Positions 9,532-18,350 of a stretch of DNA of 60,761 bases are shown piece by piece. The stretch comes from an uncultured SAR86 cluster bacterium (GTDB lineage Bacteria > Pseudomonadota > Gammaproteobacteria > Magnimaribacterales > D2472), in NCBI GenBank assembly GCA_902511425.1, contig CABXFE010000003.1, positions 1 to 60,761 on the forward strand, given 5' to 3'. Every line of letters starts with the position of its first letter. The stretch's first letter is position 1. The notes under the pieces are model-generated. The model did no database searches. It saw only the letters and a list, made by a program, of their open reading frames with translations, and was not told where the DNA came from. A program made the translations under genes and the position numbers.

Positions 9532-11451
9532 CTATTTTTCAAGAACGAGAAGGGTAGCTCCGTTGTCAACTTGATCATTAAGTTTAATCATCACTTTAGC
9601 TATCTTGCCTGTCTCAGTTGCTTTAATTGCATGTTCCATTTTCATTGCCTCAATAATTACTAAAGTATCCCCAGCTTTTACTTTACTGCCTTTTTTAACC
9701 TTTACATCAATAACTTTTCCAGGCATTGGAGCGATCAAACTTCCCTCAAGGACGTCATTACCCGGTTCAATGAACCTAGGTAGAACAGATGCATTAACGT
9801 CTCCAAACGGCATGTTAATAGTGATTTCACTGCTTGCCTCAGTTACATGAGCATAAAATCTGTGAGAATCTATCTCTATATCAATGCCAGAACTATCACA
9901 ATGGTAAATTTCACAAATGGAGCCCATAACTTCATATAAATTATCTTTATTTAATTTGTATTGCACTTCTATCTCATCTTGTATAAAAAGTAACTTAACC
10001 CTTTGAAGAGGCATTCTTCCATTGGTCCAGTTTGCAGGCATAAAACCTGTAACAGGGTCAGAGACTCTATTTTGTTGTGCTAGCCATAAAGCAAGTGCTG
10101 TTGATGTTTGATGAAGCTCATTTACAGAAAGATTCTTTTTAGTTTCTAAAGCTTCGCGTTCAATAAAGTCTGTTGTCGTATTTCCGCTTATGAAGTTTTC
10201 ATTTCTTAGGCAAGAAATTAAAAATTGACGATTTGTTATTACACCTCCCATGTGAGCTCTCTCAAGTCCACGTGCCAATTTATTTGCAGCATCAACTCTA
10301 TTAGGTGCCCAAGAAATAACCTTAGATAGCATTGGATCAAAATCTGTTCCAATGACACTACCTTCTTCCACCCCTGAATCCCATCTTACTTCTGAAGCTA
10401 GAGTAGTATTATATGCGTGCAATGTTCCTATTTCAGGTAAAAAGTTATTTCCAGGATCTTCAGCATATAATCTTGCTTCAATTGCATGTCCATGCCAATC
10501 AATATCATCTTGAGCAAATTCAAGCTCATCTCCTCTCGCTATCTTGATTTGCTCAGCAACTAAATCTATTCCTGTAACTTCTTCTGTAACTGGGTGCTCA
10601 ACTTGCAGTCTAGTATTAACCTCTAAAAACCAGAATTCATCTGTTTTATCATCAAATAAAAATTCAACTGTTCCTGCAGAGCAGTATTTAATTTTTTTAG
10701 CTAATTTAACTGCTGCTTGACCCATCTCCTCTCGTAAAAATGGATCAATTCTTGGAGAAGGCGACTCCTCAATAATTTTTTGATGTCTTCTTTGTATGGA
10801 GCATTCACGCTCTCCCAAATGAACTACATTACCATGTTCATCACCTAAGATTTGTATTTCAATATGACGCGATTTTTCTACATATCTTTCTATAAAAATT
10901 CTGTCATCACCAAAACCTGAGAGAGCTTCTCTTTTGGCGCTTATAATTGAATCTTTTAATTCACTTTCTTTTTTAACAATTCGCATTCCTTTGCCACCAC
11001 CTCCACCGGCAGCTTTGATCAAGATCGGGTAGCCAATACTTTTTACATCTTTGGTATTTGAGGTCATTGGCAGAGTGGGAACCCCAGATTTTTCAGCTAG
11101 TTCTTTAGCTTTTAATTTATCACCCATTACTTTGATTACATGGGGGGATGGACCAATCCAAATTAATTTATTGCTTATAACTTTTCTTGCAAAGGCTGCA
11201 TTTTCTGATAAAAATCCATATCCTGGATGAATTGCTTCTGCTCCAGATTGTATAGCCGCATCAATGATGGCAGAACCCTCCATATAGCCAGAAGATAACT
11301 TGATGGCTTCATCAGCCATCTTTACAAATGGAGCATCCTTATCAGCATCAACAAAAACAGCTACACATTTAATACCCATAAATTGAGCGGTTTGCATGAT
11401 TCGACATGCAATTTCTCCACGATTAGCAACAAGAATTGAATTAAACCTCAT
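9532..11451 (-). CDS. Acyl-CoA carboxylase alpha subunit (biotin carboxylase + BCCP), AtuF/MccA-like
   Basis: ANRGEIA, HPGYGFLSEN, GGGGKGMR, ERECSIQRRHQK, NTRLQVEHPVTE, EAMKME biotinyl motif. Confidence 0.93.
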   Translation of the reverse strand: MRFNSILVANRGEIACRIMQTAQFMGIKCVAVFVDADKDAPFVKMADEAIKLSSGYMEGSAIIDAAIQSGAEAIHPGYGFLSENAAFARKVISNKLIWIGPSPHVIKVMGDKLKAKELAEKSGVPTLPMTSNTKDVKSIGYPILIKAAGGGGGKGMRIVKKESELKDSIISAKREALSGFGDDRIFIERYVEKSRHIEIQILGDEHGNVVHLGERECSIQRRHQKIIEESPSPRIDPFLREEMGQAAVKLAKKIKYCSAGTVEFLFDDKTDEFWFLEVNTRLQVEHPVTEEVTGIDLVAEQIKIARGDELEFAQDDIDWHGHAIEARLYAEDPGNNFLPEIGTLHAYNTTLASEVRWDSGVEEGSVIGTDFDPMLSKVISWAPNRVDAANKLARGLERAHMGGVITNRQFLISCLRNENFISGNTTTDFIEREALETKKNLSVNELHQTSTALALWLAQQNRVSDPVTGFMPANWTNGRMPLQRVKLLFIQDEIEVQYKLNKDNLYEVMGSICEIYHCDSSGIDIEIDSHRFYAHVTEASSEITINMPFGDVNASVLPRFIEPGNDVLEGSLIAPMPGKVIDVKVKKGSKVKAGDTLVIIEAMKMEHAIKATETGKIAKVMIKLNDQVDNGATLLVLEK

Positions 11452-13106
11452 AATCTAAATACCCCGTACTCTTTAGCACCATCTATTGAAGCGTTAGAAA
11501 CTATAGACAGACAAAATCCAATAACGCTTCTAGTATCTCTTGGATCAATAATCCCATCATCTGTTACCATGCTACTTGCGACAAGACCCTCTGACATTTG
11601 ATCTGACATTTGCTCAACTGTCTCTACGATTTGAGCATCAAGTTTTTCATCAAATTTTTCACCTTTTCTTGCTGCTTGACCTCTTCGAACAATCGACATT
11701 ACTCCAGCAATCTGCTTCGAACCCATGACAGCAATTTTTGCTGTAGGCCAAAGAAAAGTGAATCTATTATTATATGCTCTGCCTGACATAGCGTATGTAC
11801 CTGCGCCAAATGAAGCACCAATAATAACTGTGATATGAGGTACATTAGAGTTAGACACTGCATTAATAAGCTGAGAGCCTTTTTTAATAATAGCTTGTCT
11901 CTCGAAATCTTTTCCTACTAAAAACCCCGTGACATTTTGAAGAAAAATTAATGGTATGTTTCGTTTATTACATAGTTGGATAAAGGTTGCAGCTTTTTCA
12001 GCACTTTCCGGATAGATGGGACCATTATTTCCTAATATACCAACAGGATATCCGTGAAGCATTGACCATCCGCAAATCATAGTTTTACCATAAAGAGGTT
12101 TGAACTCTTCAAATCTTGATCCGTCAACAATTCGACCAATCACCTCCCTAATATCAAGAGGGCTTTTGAGTTCTTCATCAACAAGACCTAATAATTCTTC
12201 CTCAGATAAACTTGGACTATCGGCATCTGAAATGGGTAAGGGACCCTCTTTGATCCAATGTAAATGTGAGACTACATTCCTACATAATCTTAGAGCATCC
12301 ATCTCATCTTCAGCTAGATAATCTGATAGACCTGAAACTTCTGAATGCATTTTTGCACCACCCAAGGTCTCATCATCTGATACTTCACCAGTAGCCATTT
12401 TGACTAGAGGAGGCCCTGCAAGAAAAACTTTAGCTTGATCTTTAATAAAGATATTGTAATCAGACATACCTGGTTGATAAGCACCACCGGCAGTTGAAGA
12501 ACCAAAAACAATTGATATCACTGGAATGCGCATTTTAGAGAGTTCTGTAAGATCATAAAAATATCTTCCAGTTGCTGCAAAATGAGTATGACCTATGGTG
12601 GGTGCGATGGGTGGTTGATCTCCTTTCTTACCGGTGCCCATTCGAAGATCTCCTCCTGCAGATTCCACAAAATTAATATAGGGCAAACGGTTATCTCGAG
12701 CGATTTCCATTGCCCTGTTCCATTTTTCTCCAACATAAACCGTCATGGCGCCAGCTAAAACCGAAGGATCATTAGCAAAGATTACACATTCAGTACCGGC
12801 AACAATTCCAATTCCAGCAACACATCCACCACCCACTGTGAAGTCTGTTCCATAAGCAGCAAATGGAGCAATCTCCAGGAAGGGTGTATCAGGATCTAGT
12901 AAATTAAAAACCCTTTCTCTTACAGGCATCTTGCCTCGTTTTGCTAATCTTTCGTGGTGATAAGCTCCGCCTCCTAATTCAGCTTTGTCTAAAAGTTCAT
13001 CAAGGAAACTGATTTTCTTTAACATCACATTTTTGTTGTGAATAAATTCATCAGAATTGATATCAATATTTGTTTTAATTTCAGGAGCAATATTTTTTCT
13101 TAGCAT
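11448..13106 (-). CDS. Acyl-CoA carboxylase carboxyltransferase subunit, AtuC/MccB-like
   Basis: TAGGAYQPGMSD, FLAGPPLVKMATGE, LGGAKMH, SFGAGTYAMSGRAY, DDGIIDPRDTR. Confidence 0.92.
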   Translation of the reverse strand: MLRKNIAPEIKTNIDINSDEFIHNKNVMLKKISFLDELLDKAELGGGAYHHERLAKRGKMPVRERVFNLLDPDTPFLEIAPFAAYGTDFTVGGGCVAGIGIVAGTECVIFANDPSVLAGAMTVYVGEKWNRAMEIARDNRLPYINFVESAGGDLRMGTGKKGDQPPIAPTIGHTHFAATGRYFYDLTELSKMRIPVISIVFGSSTAGGAYQPGMSDYNIFIKDQAKVFLAGPPLVKMATGEVSDDETLGGAKMHSEVSGLSDYLAEDEMDALRLCRNVVSHLHWIKEGPLPISDADSPSLSEEELLGLVDEELKSPLDIREVIGRIVDGSRFEEFKPLYGKTMICGWSMLHGYPVGILGNNGPIYPESAEKAATFIQLCNKRNIPLIFLQNVTGFLVGKDFERQAIIKKGSQLINAVSNSNVPHITVIIGASFGAGTYAMSGRAYNNRFTFLWPTAKIAVMGSKQIAGVMSIVRRGQAARKGEKFDEKLDAQIVETVEQMSDQMSEGLVASSMVTDDGIIDPRDTRSVIGFCLSIVSNASIDGAKEYGVFRL

Positions 13107-13123
13107 TTTTATTTAATAAAATT

Positions 13124-13154
13124 GAGTGGTAATATAATATACAAATAATTACCA
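13124..13154. promoter_or_regulatory. Palindromic putative operator TGGTAA-N16-TTACCA (copy 1), containing an extended -10-like TGgTAATAT
   Basis: TGGTAAT 13127-13133 / ATTACCA 13148-13154 between the divergent carboxylase operon and GST; 14 bp identical to the inverted copy at 17258-17271. Confidence 0.6.
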
Positions 13155-13206
13155 TTTTTGAAATTTATTTAAAAGATATGGCTTTTCTATTTTTTAGGAG
13201 AAAATA

Positions 13207-13827
13207 ATGAGCATTAAAATTTATAGCTGTAATGATTCCAGAGGTTTAAGGCCAATGTGGACTGCAGAGGAGATGGGAGTAAGTTATGAATCTGAAATGA
13301 TGCCATTTCCTCCAAGGTTTTTGCATAAAGAATATATGGATGTAAATATTCTTGGCACCATTCCATATTTAATTGATGGCGAAGTAGAAATGACAGAATC
13401 AGTTGCTATGTGTCAATATTTAGTTGAAAAATATGGTCCTACCGAGTTAAAAGTTAATAGTGATGAAGCTGATTTTCATCATTATTTAAATTGGCTTGCT
13501 CATTCAGATGCGACTTTAACTTTCCCACAAACCGTTGTCTTAAGGTACACATTGCAAGAAGTAGGTGTTGCGGATAAGGCTGCAGAAGGTTATAGAAGAT
13601 GGTTTGTTGCCAGATTAAAGCTGTTGGAGAAATCTTTGGAATCAAGAGAATACTTGTGCTCAGATAGATTTACTATTGCAGATATATGCGTTAGTTATGC
13701 AATTTATTTAGCTAAAACTCTTAAAATAGAGGAAGCATTTAAACCTAACATCATGCGTTGGACTGATATGCTTTTTGAAAGAAAAGGCTTCCAAAAAGCA
13801 ATAGAGAATAGGTATCTAGAATCATAA
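13207..13827 (+). CDS. Glutathione S-transferase
   Basis: N.LGTIPYL.DG, ESVAMCQYL, FTIADI; AGGAG Shine-Dalgarno upstream. Confidence 0.92.
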   Translation: MSIKIYSCNDSRGLRPMWTAEEMGVSYESEMMPFPPRFLHKEYMDVNILGTIPYLIDGEVEMTESVAMCQYLVEKYGPTELKVNSDEADFHHYLNWLAHSDATLTFPQTVVLRYTLQEVGVADKAAEGYRRWFVARLKLLEKSLESREYLCSDRFTIADICVSYAIYLAKTLKIEEAFKPNIMRWTDMLFERKGFQKAIENRYLES

Positions 13828-13859
13828 TTAATAAAATATTTAAATTAATACTTCCAACA

Positions 13860-14768
13860 TTATTTGAAATCTATTGTGTCATCAATAATCTTCTGTATGC
13901 CATAAATGGGCTCCCATCCAAGTGCTTTAGATTGATGTAAATTTAGTCTATGAGGGCGCTCAAGAATCATTAATTGCTCCTTCGCAATGAATCTATAACA
14001 AGTAATAAAACCAAGAAATTTAAAAAAATTTATAGGAATTTTAATTTTTAGTGCAGTCGTATTTAATTTTTTAGATATTAAATCTACCCAATCACTAATC
14101 GAACTTTTCTCATCAGAGTCTACATTAAAAATACCCTGAGCCCTCGCAGATAATACTTTCAAAACTAAACTACAAACATCACTTACATGCACAACACTTG
14201 TAACATGCAAACAATCCCCAGGCATTATTACTATTCTAAAGTGCTTAATTAATGTGGTTATGAATGAGAAGAAACCTTTCCTGCCACTCCCAGCAATGAT
14301 GCTAGGAATAATAAGTGCAGATGAGGATTTAAGTTTATGTAACTCTCGATAAGCCTCACATTTTGATTCAGAGTAGATGCCATTAGAAGGGGCAAATCTA
14401 TCATTGGAGCAATATTCCCCAGTTAAGTTTTCTTCATACATCATGCTTGACCCAAATTGAATAAAAAAGTCAATTGAGCCATCATATTTACCTTTCAAAT
14501 TTTTGAGAGAGTTAATGTTATTTTCAATGAAATATTTTTTCCTTCGAAAAAATGGCATATTTGGACTTAAGTATTGAACAGCCGCACAGTTAATAACACA
14601 ATCCACTTCAGGTAATTTTTTTACAAAATTATTATCTTTTAAATCGCCTTTAAAGTTAACATTTCCAAATAAGTCTGTTGTAAAAACTTTAAAATTATTT
14701 TGAAGAAGCAGAGTTTTTAAATTTGACCCCACGAGCCCATTAGCTCCAGTAATCAAGACTCTTGTCAT
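13860..14768 (-). CDS. NAD-dependent epimerase/dehydratase (extended SDR)
   Basis: ITGANGLVG, YSESK (YxxxK), VHVSDV. Confidence 0.8.
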   Translation of the reverse strand: MTRVLITGANGLVGSNLKTLLLQNNFKVFTTDLFGNVNFKGDLKDNNFVKKLPEVDCVINCAAVQYLSPNMPFFRRKKYFIENNINSLKNLKGKYDGSIDFFIQFGSSMMYEENLTGEYCSNDRFAPSNGIYSESKCEAYRELHKLKSSSALIIPSIIAGSGRKGFFSFITTLIKHFRIVIMPGDCLHVTSVVHVSDVCSLVLKVLSARAQGIFNVDSDEKSSISDWVDLISKKLNTTALKIKIPINFFKFLGFITCYRFIAKEQLMILERPHRLNLHQSKALGWEPIYGIQKIIDDTIDFK

Positions 14769-15130
14769 GAATTTGCTAGTAAGACTATCCCAGCAATTAT
14801 GATAAAGAGAGATAGAATTTTTATCGATGATATTGGTTCATTAAATAAGAACCAAGCAGCGATGGTAACTATTACATATCCAAGGGAAAGCATCGGATAA
14901 GCAATACTAACATCTACTCTAGTTAGAGCTATTATCCATGCTGAGATAGATAAAATATAACATAGTAAACCAAGAAAGATATAAACATTTAAAGCTGAGG
15001 TTAGAGATGCTGTGAAGCTTGAATTAGATGTTATAGGCCCGATGATATTTGCACCGGATTTCAAAAATAGTTGACCTGCAGCATTTAGCGAGACGCCCAA
15101 GATAATAATTAAAAAATTTATAATGCTCAT
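14765..15130 (-). CDS. Small 4-TM SMR/EamA-like protein (ArnE/ArnF-like lipid-carrier flippase)
   Basis: GQLFLK, VSIAYPMLSLGY, LFNEP motifs; 121 aa, hydrophobic. Confidence 0.75.
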   Translation of the reverse strand: MSIINFLIIILGVSLNAAGQLFLKSGANIIGPITSNSSFTASLTSALNVYIFLGLLCYILSISAWIIALTRVDVSIAYPMLSLGYVIVTIAAWFLFNEPISSIKILSLFIIIAGIVLLANS

Positions 15131-15141
15131 TATGGGACCTA

Positions 15142-16038
15142 TTATATAAGGAATATCTCGTAACGAGCGAAAGTAAAAATTAATAAAGAAATTATAAATA
15201 TTACTAGACTAATTCTATCGGTTAAAGCAAAGCTTATTGGGTCATTTATTTCAATCCCTTTTAGAGTTCGAGACCAAATAGAACAGATCCAGATCAATAG
15301 AATGGGAAGAAAGAAAAATAATATTTTTGGTGCATAATAATTTGAATAGATTACATCATTATTAAAATATAAACCTAATACCAGAATTGAGATTAGAGAT
15401 GATGAAATTCCCATATTTGTAATTACCGGAAGATCTTCTGAGGTATATCCTCTCCCAAAGTTTTCATTATTATGCGAAAAATGATTTCTCAGCTCTGAAT
15501 ATCTCTTGAGTAAAGCAAAAGAAAAAAAGAAAAATAATGAGAATGAAAGTAGCCAAATTGATATTTCTAGATTTACAGCAATAGACCCAGCTATTATTCG
15601 CATCATATATAAAAAGGCCAAAAATACACAATCAATTATGTGAATTTTTTTTATTATCATCGTGTATATTTGGGTGCTTATAAAATAAGCAGTTAAAACA
15701 TAAAAAAATGAAATACTGACCAATAAAGATGCATAAATTGATAGGATCCAAAGAATAACTGCAAGAAATATTATGTAATTTTTTCTAAAAAAACCAGAAG
15801 CGATTGGCCTTAATTTTTTAATTGGATGCTTTTGATCATTCTCAAGATCATAAAAATCATTAATTATATAACCAAGAGATGCGCAAAAACTAAAAGCAAA
15901 AAATGCTAAAACCAAGTTTTTCCATAATAAAAGATCTTCTAGCTCAGGGGATACAATTAAAGGAACAAATAATAAAAGATTTTTGCTCCACTGGTGAATC
16001 CTGATTAATTTTAAGAATTGTATTATTTGGTTGTTCAT
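15142..16038 (-). CDS. UbiA-family prenyltransferase of the polyprenyl-phosphate phosphoribosyltransferase (DPPR synthase-like) type
   Basis: R.HQW.KNLL, YIINDFYDLENDQKHP.KK.RPIASG, KRYSEL, RGY, DP near C-terminus; multi-TM. Confidence 0.82.
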   Translation of the reverse strand: MNNQIIQFLKLIRIHQWSKNLLLFVPLIVSPELEDLLLWKNLVLAFFAFSFCASLGYIINDFYDLENDQKHPIKKLRPIASGFFRKNYIIFLAVILWILSIYASLLVSISFFYVLTAYFISTQIYTMIIKKIHIIDCVFLAFLYMMRIIAGSIAVNLEISIWLLSFSLFFFFSFALLKRYSELRNHFSHNNENFGRGYTSEDLPVITNMGISSSLISILVLGLYFNNDVIYSNYYAPKILFFFLPILLIWICSIWSRTLKGIEINDPISFALTDRISLVIFIISLLIFTFARYEIFLI

Positions 16039-16083
16039 GCTCGATTACTTAATTTCTTAATTAAGCCTAAATTTTAAAACTAT

Positions 16084-17226
16084 TTAGTTTGTTTGAATAA
16101 AACTAGATAATCTCTCATATGCTTCAGCAAAGTCCACTTTAAATTCTTGCACAACATCGCTTGCTGAGATTGTTTGGTTCATCAATCCCACGCCTTGACC
16201 AACCCAGTAAGTCGAGAGTTCTTTGGCGCCTTCATGTCCCCCTTCCGCTAATTTGTTAACTTTTGCTAATGCTGGTTCAGCTACCATAGGTTGCAGTGGC
16301 AATGGGAGTGGTTCAGGAGCTCCATCTGCTTCCCAGGCTTTTGTCCATTCAGAGACCAACTGTCTAGAGTGCTTTCCTGTTCTGCTTCTTGATCTGGTTG
16401 TTTGACTAGAGGTTGCAGCGACCATTTTCTCTTTTATAACAGGGGGAACTTCAGATTCAGCTGTTGTTAACCAAACAGATCCACACCAAGCACCCGATGC
16501 TCCCATGCTCATCGCAGCTGCCATTTGTCTTCCAGTCGCAATTCCTCCTGCAGCCAGAATTGGTACATCACCATATGGTTGAATGGCCTCATGAACTTCC
16601 GGAATTAAGACCATGGTTGAAACACTTCCACAATGACCACCAGCTTCTGTTCCTGAGACAACCAAAATATCAACACCTGCTTTTACTTGATTGATAGCAT
16701 GTTGCGCAGTCCCCAAAAGGGCCGCAACTTTTACATCATTGTCTTTTCCCATTTTTACCATCCAGTCAGGTGGGACGCCTAATGCATTTGCAATTATTTT
16801 TATCGGGTGACTAAATGCAACATCCAGCAAAGCTTTTGCGCCATCTGCTTTAGTATTTTCAGCCATATAAGTTGCCGCTGTTTTAATTGTTCGAAGTTCA
16901 TCAGCTTCAATATCATGCTGTTCTAAAATATCTGCTCTAAAATCTGCATATTTTTGTGGAATCATCGAAGTTAATTTTTCAGCATCAAATTTTTGATTTT
17001 GATCTGCCATTTTGTTGGGGATTAAAACATCCACGCCGTATGAAAGCCCATCGATATGATCATCAATCCACTTCAGCTCCTCTTCAAGCTGTTCAGGAGT
17101 CATCCCAACAGCACCTAGTACGCCGCATCCACCTGCTTTTGATACCGCTACAACAACATCTCTACAGTGGGTAAATGCAACAAGAGGGAATTCTATATCA
17201 AGAAGTTCACAAATCTTTGAGTTCAT
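16084..17226 (-). CDS. Nitronate monooxygenase / FabK-like FMN-dependent oxidoreductase
   Basis: AFTHCRDVVVAVSKAGG, GTEAGGHCG, LAAGGIATG, VGQGVG. Confidence 0.85.
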   Translation of the reverse strand: MNSKICELLDIEFPLVAFTHCRDVVVAVSKAGGCGVLGAVGMTPEQLEEELKWIDDHIDGLSYGVDVLIPNKMADQNQKFDAEKLTSMIPQKYADFRADILEQHDIEADELRTIKTAATYMAENTKADGAKALLDVAFSHPIKIIANALGVPPDWMVKMGKDNDVKVAALLGTAQHAINQVKAGVDILVVSGTEAGGHCGSVSTMVLIPEVHEAIQPYGDVPILAAGGIATGRQMAAAMSMGASGAWCGSVWLTTAESEVPPVIKEKMVAATSSQTTRSRSRTGKHSRQLVSEWTKAWEADGAPEPLPLPLQPMVAEPALAKVNKLAEGGHEGAKELSTYWVGQGVGLMNQTISASDVVQEFKVDFAEAYERLSSFIQTN

Positions 17227-17240
17227 TATTTTTCCTTTAT

Positions 17241-17271
17241 TGGTAACAGACTTATTTTTATATTACCACTC
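17241..17271. promoter_or_regulatory. Palindromic putative operator TGGTAA-N16-TTACCA (copy 2, inverted)
   Basis: TGGTAA 17241-17246 / TTACCA 17263-17268 between the divergent NMO-like and LLM genes. Confidence 0.6.
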
Positions 17272-17333
17272 GGGATACACAAATTGGAATACATCCATCA
17301 TAATCATTCAAGATTAAGTAGAAATAATTCAAT

Positions 17334-18350
17334 ATGAAAAAAATTAAAATCGACTGCTCAATGATTACTCGAGATCCAGCAGAAGCTTCGAAAGCTAGCA
17401 AGGAGCTAGAAGAGCTTGGATACGATGGGGCTTATACTTTTGAAGGACCTCATGAACCATTTCTTCCTCTTGCAGCCGCTGCACTTGCTACAGAAAAGTT
17501 AGAACTCTTAACCTCAATAGCAGTCGCATTTTCTAGGAACCCTATGACTTTAGCTAATATTGGCTATGATCTTCAGTTGATGTCCAAAGGGAGATTTACA
17601 CTCGGCATAGGGTCCCAAATAAAACCTCATATCGAAAAGAGATACTCTATGTCATGGTCTTCACCAGCAAAACGAATGAAAGAAATGGTTGATGCTATCA
17701 AAGCTATTTGGGAGTGTTGGCATGAAGGCAAAGATCTGGATTTTAGAGGTGAGTTTTACCGACATACACTTATGACTCCTATTTTTAATCCGGGAGAAAA
17801 TCCATTTGGTCTTCCGAAAATATATGTCGCAGGCGTGGGACCATTAATGACCCAAGCTGCAGCTGAATCTGGCGATGGATTTATTGTGCATCCTTTTCAT
17901 ACAACTAAGTTTCTTGAAAACATTACCTTGCCATCTGTAAAAAAAGGACTTGAATTATCAATGGCAAAAGAATTTGATATTTCACTGGGTGTAATGGTTG
18001 CAACAGGTACAACCGATGAAGAAATTTCCAAGGCAAGGCATGCCTGCAAGGCACAAATTGGGTTTTATGGTTCTACTCCTGCTTATAAAGTAGTTTTGGA
18101 GCAACATGGCTGGGAAAGCATTCAGCCGGAGCTTAACAAACTGACCAAAAAAGGATTGTGGCAAGATATTCCAAACTTGATTTCAGATGAAATCTTAGAG
18201 AGCATCGCAGTAACCGGAACCCCTGACGAAGTTTCAAAAATTATTTTTGATCGATATGGTTCTATTGCTTCAAGAATAGCCCCCTCTATTTTCTCAGGGG
18301 ATCCTGAGGTAACTAAAGCATTAATTCATGCATTAAAAGAAAAATTATGA
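17334..18350 (+). CDS. Luciferase-like monooxygenase (LLM) family oxidoreductase, TIGR03617-like (predicted F420-dependent)
   Basis: HEPFLPL, AVAFSRNPM, GRFTLGIGSQIKPHIEKR, YRHTLMTP.FNPG, FYGSTPAY. Confidence 0.82.
   Translation: MKKIKIDCSMITRDPAEASKASKELEELGYDGAYTFEGPHEPFLPLAAAALATEKLELLTSIAVAFSRNPMTLANIGYDLQLMSKGRFTLGIGSQIKPHIEKRYSMSWSSPAKRMKEMVDAIKAIWECWHEGKDLDFRGEFYRHTLMTPIFNPGENPFGLPKIYVAGVGPLMTQAAAESGDGFIVHPFHTTKFLENITLPSVKKGLELSMAKEFDISLGVMVATGTTDEEISKARHACKAQIGFYGSTPAYKVVLEQHGWESIQPELNKLTKKGLWQDIPNLISDEILESIAVTGTPDEVSKIIFDRYGSIASRIAPSIFSGDPEVTKALIHALKEKL

Noticed and set aside
13828..16083. att sites or direct repeats flanking the AT-rich cassette
   Set aside because: No convincing direct repeat, tRNA or integrase visible at the edges
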